In this document: positions 38,936 to 50,300 of the stretch, one piece after another
Position numbering within the stretch: the first letter of the stretch is position 1
How the letters are laid out: the number at the start of each line of letters is the position of its first letter
From: Raillietiella orientalis
Lineage: Eukaryota
Reading direction: 5' to 3'
Assembly (NCBI GenBank): GCA_036172245.1
Contig: JAYWIR010000007.1
Span: forward strand, 2,976,001-3,040,000
Length of the DNA: 64,000 bases
The notes under the pieces: model-generated
Databases searched by the model: none
Told to the model about the DNA's origin: nothing
Seen by the model: the letters and a program-made list of their open reading frames with translations, nothing else
Translations under genes and position numbers: made by a program

Positions 38936-41900
38936 CCGGAACTAGAAATGAAATCAGCACACTGGGGAGCCCCGATGGCATTCGGACTCTTGTCATTAAG
39001 GAAAATCCTTCTCACTCAACCTGGATTTTGGCTTCTATATCCCAAATGAGTCCCGAAATGAGCAGCACTGGAATTCAGTTTTTCTTTACAAACGGACTAA
39101 CGAGCCCAGTTTAGAAGGTGCTTTGCTCATTGAAAAGAAAAAAAATGGTGTCTGGCGCGAAAATTCCTTCTGAAATGCCCGTCTTATCCTATAGGTCCTG
39201 TGAATCAAGGATCGCGACCCCTAGAGAACCAGTAAGCACGAAGTTTCAGTTCACGGAACTCACTTATCGGAGTGTGCAGTTTTTCAACGTTGGGAGTGAC
39301 CTTCGCACATTGACGTGCTCACTACAGGCAAACTGGAAGCTTAACGGAGAGAGGGGAAGTGTTTCCCTATTCTCGGAAGGGAATCGGAGATTCGACTCCG
39401 AACCACAGAACAGCAAACAGAGTGATGCCGGAAACGAAATCGAGTTCCACCTCTGAAGGAAGCCAAGAGAAGAAAAATTACCCCACCAGATGACTATAAC
39501 TAAAGTTGAAACACGGGGCGTGGTCATCTTTAAAGTGGTTTGCGAAGGCAGCTTTTGTTTCCTCTCGAGCTGATGGACCTGGCAAGCAACGATCCTTCCT
39601 CTTGTGTCACAGAGCTCTTTGAGTTTTTGACACAAATTCTGTGTGGCTGCAGGCCACTTACGGGCTCAGATTCAAAGAGATCGTACTGTGTTCTCGTTGC
39701 TGAGTTCAAAACTCGATTGCTCTTTCTTAGCAGCAGCGTGCTGCGAGTTGGTTCCTCTGCGTACGTCTGGAAACACAATGATTAATTTTCTTCAGTGACT
39801 CCTGGTATCTCGTTCATCATCCTTTTCCAATATTTACTTCGTCTGAGATTTACAGATAGACTCATCACGAATCTCCGCAATTCGTGTTAGGGAAAATGCA
39901 GCATCTCCTGTGCTTCATCACTGTCATCTGTTTGGAAAAGAGAATTTTGACTTTTTCACGTTGGATGTACGATGAAATCGCTCATGGCTGCGCTCGTGTT
40001 CCTCTTTTCAGTAAGTCTGATTTCTTCCTCTTCCCATTTTTCGGCGCTCCACGTAAACAACCAGCCTGATGCAAGAACCCTATTCCGTAGACCGAATTCT
40101 GGACTTTGGTTCGCTGAAGAATTCTGTTTCCGTACAGGGAGAAGACGCGATGACTAAGAAAGCAGTGTCGTTAAGGAAACGAGAATGCTTAGTGCATTTC
40201 GGAAATCGTCTAACGTTGTGTGAAACTTTTCGAATTTGTCAATCAGCCACCTTCTTACTCAGCTCTACAAACCGAAAGCAATTCCCCGCTGCACATCTGG
40301 CATAGAGGATGTGTGGAATTGTTAGTTCCTACCACTTTCGGCATCCAATTTTCAAGGCATATTCCGTAAATACCTGGAATACATCCTGTTTCGATTGATT
40401 TTCACCCTCTGGCTCTTTAATTTCGAAAAAGCCGAAAATCTGGGACTCGTATATCTCTTGAGAAACCCCCATTTAAATGTAAAAGAATCTTACGGACTGA
40501 GTTGGCCCGAACTCCTACAGCAGCGTCCTAGTTGAACATTCATTCATAAGCACATCACATGACCGAGGTCAAGAGGCACAAACTGATCTCGAAAAATTGG
40601 TGTTGGAATGAGTGGAACGATTCGATTCCCCAACAAGGACACGCTCCCGAAAGAAGTACGTGGCGAATTCCTGTGAGATGCATGGATAACCTTCCGGAAG
40701 ATCCTACCGAATGGTGCTCTCATTTGAAAGTCTTCTCTTGCAAGCTGGAACTAGCAACGGAAGCTGCAGGAGGATGAATGAATGACTTTATTCGAACATT
40801 CTGATCAGCACGGAGTACATACCCCATGTAAGTTGCATTCCATTTTCTCAACCATCCATCCTAAGACAAAGCGCGATAGAATATTTTGCTTCCAGAAATT
40901 GCTTTAAAAATTCAAGTGATCATGTCACGTCTTGCGAGAGTAAACGAATGCTTGGATCTAATGGTCCTCTGCTGAGATTGCGAAGCTCAAGCGCAGTCGT
41001 TTACTGAACACAGCAGGAAACGAATGTTCTTCATGATGTCTCCCTTATAAGTTTTATTATCCGAATAAATTTCAGCTGCTCAATTTTGTTAACTCTTGCT
41101 GTCGGAATAAAAGTTCGAGTTTGGCAACTTTTGAAGCGTAGGGACTCTTTTCCTCTCAAGCACAATCCGGAGGCTGGGTTTCAGGGGGAGACTTTTGCGA
41201 TCCTTTCAGGATATTTCCCAAAGAGATGGTTATCATCAGTGGAGTCTTATGAACTGGATTCGCCTTTTTGGTATCTTCAGCACCAGAGGGCAGGGATGCT
41301 CCAGACAGAAGTCCTTTCTCCAAAAAACAAAGGGCTCGGTCATCGATGCTGCTCCCTTCCATACCTCTCCAGTTTCAGTAGGTCCAGGACGTTCCGCCTC
41401 GCAATTAGTTTCAAAATTCTGAGGAAGGAATGCTGTCGCTCTTGAGATCGTAATCTGGAAGCAGACATCTCTCAACATTCGATGCTTTTTCGAGAGCGCG
41501 TCCGTAGCATCTCCTGAGAAATGTGTCTTCCGATCGCGTCGAGGGTTCCACAGAAAGCATAAGAATGCTCTTAGGTGGAAATATGTTCTGAGTCTTCACC
41601 CTGTGTGAAGTCTTCGGATGGCCAGAATAATAAATCATGATGACCATGTAAGGGTTCTATGTTTTCGTGAAATTTTATGCAAATGAGAAAAAAATTCCAT
41701 TCAACACAGCGACCATTTCGGAATGTGCAGTTTTCAGGAACTTTCATCATCAATCAAGTACCATGTGATTGCAGTCGCTGCATTCTATGCAAGGTGGGGC
41801 CATCTCGTTATCTTCTCAAGACTGAGTTTACAGCGAGATGTGGCAAAACCAGGATCTTCTTGGAAATGCAGCAAAGGTTGCATCGCAGAAGACGCTGGTA

Positions 41901-42129
41901 GACAGATGGCTGCAGTTTTCTTGATTTTCTTGCAGACAAATTTTAGAACCTTCAAATTGCTCGAGATCATATTCATTCCTTTTTCATTACCTACATCTTA
42001 TTGTAACATTATCTGAGCTACTTGAAACCGGCCTCTTCAAGTCTAACTTTGTGAGGATACATAGAGAGGCAGCAGGGTCACAGGTATTAGGCGAATTCTG
42101 CTATTCTAGATCACGCGCTTCTAAATCTG

Positions 42130-42752
42130 GACTGGAGTTTCCAGTGCATTCAGAGTCGGCACCTCGTTTCAGGGGGGTTGCATTCCCAAACTGGTTAAGG
42201 TGTGAGAAGATGGAATCGTGTCCTCTTCTGTTGATGGACTGCGGTGCCCTTGACGAACTGTAACGCAGACTGACATCAGCTCCTCTGAACCAGGAGGACA
42301 CCTCTGCGGGGATTCTTCGTGCTCAGAAGAGATTTCCGACAGACGTCGCGATGGCCAACTGTTCTGTTGCACCCGCGAAGCCGTCGCAGACCGCCAGGTG
42401 CCGGAGCCTCAAGCGTAGCAAAGAGAGACCACCCGCTTGGCAGCCGCCTACAAGAGGACAGCAGCGAGGTGCCTCCACTTAAATGAGCCGTGAGGGAACT
42501 CGTCGGTACCCTGCGCCGGTTCTGAGAAGAAGAAGTGACTGCCGCCAAAGACCCCTGTACTTACTCTCCCTTTCTTTTTTCTTTTTTTCATCTCTTGTCC
42601 CTTTCCCTGCAGTTCAGGATTCTTTAGAAACCGACCTGCGTGTCGGTGAACCCTCCTGGCGAACTGTTTTTCGTTTTCTTTGGAAAGCGCGTTCCCAGTA
42701 ATCCCTTTGTTTCTTGTTTTAAAGAAAACGTCTCGGATTGACCGGTTGAAAA
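42130..42752 (+). mobile_element. 5'-truncated L1/Tx1-like element, copy F
   Basis: Peptide FPNWLRCEKMESCPLLLMDCGAL; UTR ccaaagacccctgt..ACCGACCTGCGTGTCGGT; terminus tctcggattgaccggttgaaaa. Confidence 0.78.
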
Positions 42753-42974
42753 CCTACGTTTTACATGGGCTGCAAACAGTTTCTCTATAGAGTAGCAGCT
42801 TTCCTAGGTCAAAGCGCTACAAGTGTGATCAAGAGGGCGAACTGCAACGTGTACATTGAGCTAGAGAAGTACTACTCCTGCAAGCCCACGGGGCACAAAA
42901 GGAAGTATATGAAGCTGTGAAAGAAGTCCAGAACACACATGCAGAACGATTCCACCACAAGAGAAAACCTGACC

Positions 42975-43540
42975 ACTCCGGAAGAGTTGCTTACCCGAAC
43001 TGTAAAAGGTGCGAAGCAGTGGAATCGCTTTCGCATCGGCTCTTCGACTGCGGTGCCCTCTAAAGACTATGGCGGAGGCTGGCTTCAGCTCTCCTGCACC
43101 AGGGGGACACCGCAAGGATTTTGCTGAGCCGCTTCTTCACTCCAGGCGGCCTGTCGTTAGGTGTAGTTGTCGCAACTATCTGTCGCATCCGCTCCATCGA
43201 AATGGCCCATTACCAGTTGGAGTTGCAGGCAATTTTTCGGGAGGTCACCGGTTTAACCAAAGACAACATGACGACGGCTGCCAGGTAGCCTCATCTTCCA
43301 GAAGAAATGAGAAAGTAGATCTCCGGCATCCAATGCCGAAGATCCCTAACTCTTCCCCCTCATATTTGTATTTGTATTTTTTATATGTTTATTTGTGGTC
43401 CTCTCCCTCCCTTTTCAGACTTTCGGTTTTACCTACCTGCGTGTCGGGGAGCTCTCCTTTCGATCTTCAGTACCCTTTGTCTGGCAACAAAGTTCCCAGA
43501 TAGTTTAGAAATATACGCACCGCAGCTCCCGGGTGGAAAA
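42975..43540 (+). mobile_element. 5'-truncated L1/Tx1-like element, copy G
   Basis: ccgaactgtaaaaggtgcgaagcagtggaatcgctttcgcatcggctcttcgactgc translates as PNCKRCEAVESLSHRLFDC. The UTR is nearly colinear with copies D and E and ends gcagctcccgggtggaaaa. Confidence 0.82.
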
Positions 43541-43983
43541 CAGAAAACCTGACCACGGACGATGACCTCATCGAGGTGGAAAGAAAGCGAGACATGTGAA
43601 GCGAGAAGCAAAACAACAAGCCTGTTACAGAAACGTAACCAGCACGTGCTGTCGCGTATAAGGGAGCAGTGTAAATACCATTTCATGAGGAGGAACACAA
43701 AACTAGAGAACCTTATGAAAGACAGGATGCCATTTTTCCAGCTAGAGAAAGCCCTGCACCGCGCAAGAAAGCTGCTCACTGAAGCCACAACGACCTCTTG
43801 CAGCGACGTACATCGCCTCAGACTGAAAGACCAGATCAAGATCTACCAGTGTCAGCAATCCAAAAAAGGAATGAAAGGATTCAAATAGGGGCAAACGCCA
43901 AGGATGGAATCAACGGCCGTTGACAGAGGCCAGTTCATGGAACGACTGAATTCACACGTTAATATGAGCGCTGTGTCAAAGAA

Positions 43984-44291
43984 CCGAAGCAACTAGCCCT
44001 GAAAATGGATGGCGCTCAAGCGTCGAGCCCATACCCAACCGCCGAGCCGAGCCGTTCCTGCCTTCTGGGCGCGTTCCGGAGGACGGCAGGTTCCTCAGGT
44101 TCCGGCGAGTAGGAGGGTCGCGACGGTGCGCGCAGAAGGGTTTGGACGTGAGCTCGCCTGAAGCCGCCGTCGGCGCAGATCTTGGTGGTAGTGGCAAATA
44201 CTCCGGTGAGATCCTGGAGGTTTGATGTGGAGAAGGGTTCCATGCGAACAGCCTTTGAGCATGGTTCAGTCGATCCTAAGTCCCCGGAGAA
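43984..44291 (+). pseudogene. Isolated 28S (LSU) rRNA fragment; rRNA pseudogene spanning roughly D6 to the start of D7a
   Basis: Contains conserved LSU blocks in the correct order: CCGAAGCAACTAGCCCTGAAAATGGATGGCGCT, GAGTAGGAGGG, GCAGATCTTGGTGGTAGT(g)GCAAATA, GTGGAGAAGGGTTCCATG.GAACAGC and CAGTCGATCCTAAG. The flanks are not rRNA, and there is no 18S, 5.8S or ITS nearby. Confidence 0.92.
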
Positions 44292-46087
44292 TACGGGCTG
44301 AAGAAATTCTGGCAATGGCATGGACTCAGACCAAATGAAAGTAAGCAATGAACTAGTATCAGCAAAGAAGGAGAGCTTGAAGAGCACGTGCCGAATAGAG
44401 ATGTGGCCTTTGCTCTGCTAATGAACATCTGTGCGAGGCTGATTTCCTGGATTTCAACGAATGTTTCAGCCAGGAAGAACACGAACGTGCAGAGTGGAAT
44501 TTCCTGAGACATTCACGAAAGCACAAAACTTTCTTTGTCTTGTTCTTCGTGTTTTTTTTTGAAATTGCAATTAGTCGATTTTTTGATGAGCTTCCCCACC
44601 ATTGGTTTGATTAGGGAAAATGCCTACAGACTGGACCGAAAAAACCATACAGGTTGAAATTACCTTCGGCACGAGCATGTCTCCTGTATCCCTGATGATG
44701 CTCCGACGTTTCCCTATGCTCTGTGGCTTTTCGTAAAACTCAAGAAAAGCTCTGTACGAGAAATTCCAAGTTGCTGAAAAGCATTCAGCTGACCTGGAGC
44801 TCTTGAACTGCTTGGATTTCCTTTGTGACAGAACAACTAGACACGACGAAGAATGGATTGGGGTGTACCGGCATGAGCACCGTTGCACTTCGAGGGATCA
44901 CTGATACATGGAACATGAAGTGAAGAAAGAACGACATCAGACATGTTTGCCACTTGGTGTTTGCCCAACCAGCAAGAGGACGCGAGCATTTTGCTGAGTG
45001 CTAACATCAAAAGTGCGAGTTGGTGTTCAAACCGGTGCTGATATGACTGGAGAGGAACAATTTCAGGCTATAGGAAACGGAACCCTGAGATACGGAAAGA
45101 GCAGTGCAATTTGGAAGAATAAATTCCTGGTCTTAAAAATGACATCCGCGGCTGGAAAATCTTTGAAAATTGGGTTTGATCAATTCTTTCATCATTTTCT
45201 TAGTGTAAGTGCAGGTGTTTACACAGACTGCACCTGTTACGAATTCAAACGTATCGTCGTAGACTCCCACCATAACATCTGCTTCAATACATCTTGACTG
45301 AAATTGATGGAACTATGACGCATCACGTAATCAGCAATTCTACATCTTCGTGATTCTCATCACACTTCATTATCCTCAGCATCACGGACTTTTCCTCTCA
45401 ACGAGAGGAAAAACCTTCCGGGAGCACGGCGGTTCTCCTAGTGGAAGCCTCGTGAGCATTAGCACCATATGAATGACCCTTAATGCAGAGACCCCAAATT
45501 GATGTTCCTCCTGACGAGATAGCACTTGCAGCCTTATTCTGCAGCCGTCAATCACTGAAACTTCCGAGAGGACTACTCTTGGGAGCTTGCAAAGTGCACT
45601 GCGTTTGAAGTCCACTGAAGATCTCAATCTTCAGATTTCGGGTAGCTACAGATGATATCGAGGTTTATGGCAACTTTTTTTTTTATCGGTTTTGCTTGTT
45701 TATGGAAGGAGTGCGATTCCGGAAGGCGAATTCTTGAAATAGCGCACACTGAGGATAGCGACAAAGATTCCCGCTAAATTTTAAAAACTGAAACACACGT
45801 GTGCACATTAATCTCTGATTCTGATGATGATCTCCTCAGCCTACAATTTGGATGTGGTGTGCTCTGAAACGATTCGTAGAAGGACTTTTGCCTCCTGTAT
45901 TCTATTCTCAGCGGACCATGTTGAAGTTTCGGATGCTCGTTTGCCATCCTATCTTGAGCTTCTTCTTTGCGGGTAAGAGCAGCAAGAGGACTGCGTTCCG
46001 ATGAGCCCGATACGGGCCGTCCACTCGTTGCAGCACCACTGGTCTACGTGGGGTGAAAAGATGTTAGCTCCTAGGGATCTTCGAGAA

Positions 46088-46850
46088 TTTTTCACATGGT
46101 CACACCGGGTCATTTATTCAAACAGAAAAATGAACAAGTAGGGAAGGAAGTAGCCTCGGTTCCGAAGGGAAAACAAAAAAGTTTAAGGAAAAGATCCACC
46201 GACACGCAGGTCGGCTACTCAAAAAGTCTGTAACGAACAGGAAGGGACAGTAAATAAATAAATAGAGAGGGAAAAGCAGGGGAAAGAGGTGTTTGGTTTT
46301 GGCCGTCCCTATGTTTTAAGACCTGGCAGGATGCTGGAGATCCCCATCTTCACTTCCTCATTTAGGTGAAGCCACCCAACAGCCGTCCTGATGCAGGAGG
46401 CTGCCATGTGGACCACCTCCCTTTGCTGGGCTTGTGTTTCGAGCAGACGATGGACTGCGAGGGTGGCGCGGATGCAACAGATCCTTGCAATCACTGCACC
46501 TGCGGAGAGTCCGCTGCGTACGAAAGATCGCCGCGATAGGTACTTGGCGGTGTCCTTCGAAAGTAGAAGGGCTGAAGACAGCCTCCTCCACGGTTCGTGG
46601 AGGACACCGTCACCTACTTGGAACAGATTGGGGATGCAGCTTTTACGGAAAAGAGATGACGGCGTTGATTGCACTGGAAATTCCTGCGACTTCATGCTTC
46701 AGGTTCAAGAAAACACCGAAGTGTCCAGTCACAAAGGAGGAACCACCGGGTCTTCAGGAGTCACACTCAAAAGATCGCTCCACCAAAGCAGCCTCTTCTC
46801 CCGGGAACGAGGAGTGCAGGCTACCACCAGCATGCTCGTTGTCCAGCCGT
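46088..46850 (-). mobile_element. 5'-truncated L1/Tx1-like element, copy H
   Basis: Minus-strand peptide LHEPWRRLSSALLLSKDTAKYLSRRSFVRSGLSAGAVIARICC..WLHLNEEVKMGISSILP aligns with copy E. The UTR hairpin is present (plus strand ccgacacgcaggtcgg, 46199-46214). Confidence 0.8.
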
Positions 46851-46897
46851 CCAGGAATCGTGTAACTCTCGAACGTCTGAACCGAAACCTTTGAGAT

Positions 46898-47370
46898 TTC
46901 TCACCCGGTTACTCCGGGGCATTTATTTTTTTAAAAAAATAAACCCTTTGGGAATAAAGTTCCCAATCGACGACAAAACAAAAAATGAGGAGGGTTTACC
47001 GGCGCACAGGCCAGGATAATGGAAGTTCGGAACGGGGCAGGAGATCGAGGGGCAGCAAAAAGAAAATGGAATGAGGTGGGATGGAACAAGGGTCCTTGAG
47101 ATCGTTCCGGAAGGCACTAGGATCAAAATAAAAAACACAGGGAAAGTTGCGGAGCGAACGAAGATGGGGAATGAAAGAGAAAGAAAAAATAAACAAATAC
47201 ATGAATAAAATAACATGAAATAAATAATGGGTGAGAGGAGGCAAGGTTCACCGGGGTCCGCAGTTCTTAACTGTCCATCAGCCGGCGATCTCCTCATTCG
47301 CTTCCTCATCCAGGTGAGACCACCTTACAGCAGTTCTCATACAGGCGGCTGCCAGACGGTGGACCTCACC
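46898..47370 (-). mobile_element. Diverged 3' fragment of the L1/Tx1-like family, copy I, directly next to copy H
   Basis: Plus strand tcacccggttactccggggcatttatt is the family terminus. A variant hairpin lies at 46999-47014, and gccggcgatctcctc..ttcctcatccaggtgagaccacc matches the ORF2 end of copies E and H. Confidence 0.7.
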
Positions 47371-50300
47371 TCGTCACTTAAAACTTACTGTACTAACGAT
47401 CTCCAACGATTTCACCATCTACTCTGAAGCAAACTGTTGGGCGGATAATGACGTGCGGATGAATTGAAGAAACCAAAAAAAAAATGGATTTCCAGCAGTG
47501 AAAGAACTTTTCGATACGAGTTTTCAGGAGTTATCGTGAGCATCATCTGTCCCGGAAGCCTAACTGGACAGCATCTCCTAACCTTAGTGGGTTCGGAGAT
47601 GTTGCTCAGCACGGCGGAATCTTTCGAGGAACTGCGGTCTCACTAGGGTGTGTTGGTGCACCCTTCGTATGGAAACTCTTTATGGGAATGTACCCGCGAT
47701 CCGCCCACCGAAGGCAACCTTCCTCACAGGATTCGGATGTTTCGCCAAGAGGATGGTGCTCCGTGGTAAACATCGTGCAAAATCGTTCGAAAACTTTCCA
47801 GCCTGATGTTGGCGTCGCCATTCAATGATCGATTCCGCAATTATGGGTAGCTGCTTCAGCGCCCTTTGCAATTTGGCCATACCAAGAAATTCAAAGAGCG
47901 TCCTGCTTTCATTTTGCTCGATTGTATATATACATAAATATGTATATATACAATCGAGCACGGTTTGTGCACACATGCACAAAACGTTTAATTGTCTTAA
48001 TGGCTCTTGCCTTACAATAAACTCAGGCAGTCTAATCCCATCGAAAGAATGGAGATGATAATCGAATTTGCTCTCGTTTTACTCGAATCAGTGTGGAAAC
48101 CTAAAATTGTATCCGCCAGCAAACCTGCAGGCAATTCCTCCTCGTTTAGCGAAGATCAGAGAGGCCTCACCTGCCCTTCGCAGACTGTGTACACAAAACG
48201 AGCACTCCGGTTTCAGAAAAACCGACCAGGGTGCAGGGGCGTGAGACCTTTGCCTCAGCCACTTCATCTGTGGGTGAAAAACCGATGCCATGAGAATGCC
48301 CGATGAAGCCCGCACGCATCCGAGGAATCGTCGATTGTGAGAAAAGGTGGACTCCTAGGCAAAGAGGTTTGGGAACTCTTCGAATTTTCCGTTCTCCAGC
48401 ACAGACCGTGGGCTGCGGGGCGTTCTTCGGCAAAGAAGGAAAGCGTGATTTACCTCGGTTAGGAATCACAAACTCTTCTCAGAGTTTTCTCCACAGCCAC
48501 ACATGGAATGCTTAAGGCCCATTACTCTCAAGAGTACGTTTTGGTCGAAGAGGATCCAAACAGCTCACCTACAAGCAGAGACTTGCGCTACCGCACCAGA
48601 CCATTCCAAAAAAAACGTTGACGGTGAGCTGCGCTCATTCCGAATCATTTTGTCATGCAGTAGGAGTCATTTCAAGCCAAGCCTCCCCGATCTTGACTTT
48701 GCGACAAAAAAGTAGCGTAAGAAATGCACGCGATAAGAAAAAACAGGAAACCAGCTCTCGTTGTCACTGGCTTCAAATGTCTCACCCTTTGAACCGGATG
48801 TTCTGGAGGCTTCTGAGAGGTTCCTACCATCCGGTCATCCGTTTTCCTGTTCATATTCACAAGCAAAGGTTCGCAAAGTTCACAAAACGATGTGGTCTCG
48901 TTGAACACAAGACAGAATGTCGAGGAAGAGAGCGAGTTTTTCTGATCATTCCATGGCTGCCCCACCCAGTTCTCCGTAGCATTGCTATCAATGGCCTATT
49001 CACTGCTTCCTCCTGAATGCTGTCGCTGTTGTCTTACCTTCTGTGGACTTCTCAGCTACTCACTCAAAGACTTCAAGTCGCATGGAAACCTTGCCGCTTC
49101 GTGGGTACTGCGCAGCGAGGAATTTCCCGATGCGACGGCGCGTGCTGAGACGGGAGACTCCCCGGAAGCGAAGTGCTTCCTCTTCTTTCCTTTTTCCTGA
49201 ATTGTTTCAATGAAGTTGGGCAGATGACCTTGTGCACGAGCACCTGCACTTCTTCCCTGCAACATTACCAGGTCAGGTCGAAGGCCGGAGTACGTTCCTA
49301 GGCTAAACTGGAAAACAGTGCCGGTGAAGAGACAGTCAGAGAACAGCATGCGTTCCCTGATACACAGAAAGTGTCAGGAGACGAGGTGCTGACCAACTCG
49401 GGGCACGGTCTCTATCCAATCCCGATGTTTCTGGGTCAAAGGGATGCCACTCTGCACTGCAGCGAGTTTACTCCTGAGGGAAATTTTTTACTCGTACGCC
49501 GATTTAACCTGACCTTCCCAGATGTCATCTTTGGCTTGTCATCTTCGAAGGTCCAGCGCTCTTGCACTCGTCAGGATGGATTTACTGCCTTTTCTATCTC
49601 AGGATTTGCTCTCAAACAGGCAAATTCATTCTATTTTGATTTGAAAAAAAAATGAAAATTTGGAATTCTGGCAGTGAGCTCACTTGAATTTCGGATTGCC
49701 ATAAATGAACGAGCAGATGATCACGGACGATGGTACTTGTACAGAGCTTCAGCTCCTATGAATCCCGGATGCATCAGGAACCAAAGTCGAAAGCGTGAAC
49801 CTCTCTAGGTGTACATGAAGCGTTTCGCTTCGATTCGGATCCACAGGTCTCCTTCTCCAAACATCTCATGTTCGACATACTCATCTCTCCGTGCCATTGA
49901 CTCTCTTGGTATCCCGAAGCCAGTCGACACAGACTCAGCTGAAGAGACGAATAAAAGTGCATGCACATTAACTCGTCATGGCCACTCCGTCACGAATTTG
50001 AGTCACCCTAACTTTTGGAATCAAGGAATGGCAAAAGTTAACCATTGCAAAGAGAGGCTTTTGGTAAATGTTTCCATCAGACTGTAATGGTAGGTTGCTG
50101 CAGATGCTGGAAGAGAAGGAAGCTTACTTTTCCATGTTTTCCAAATAGGCTTCCCATATATGCATTTGTTCTCCTGGATGCTTGCAGAGCACGTGCTCCG
50201 CCTCTTTCGAGAATTCGGATGAAGCCCAGTAGCACGGAAATCCATGCCACAAGAGTGTTTCCTCTTGCCAAACTCATCGAGGAGGTGGACTCTGAGTCGC

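Noticed and set aside
43562..43888. 108-aa basic ORF between retrotransposon copy G and the 28S fragment
   Set aside because: No recognisable domain; cannot be assigned without a search.
45995..46025. ccgatga-gcccg-ata-cgggc resembling a hammerhead ribozyme core with stem II
   Set aside because: The core is CCGAUGA rather than CUGAUGA and the required GAAA after the stem is absent; the ctgatga sites I checked elsewhere also lacked a full core.
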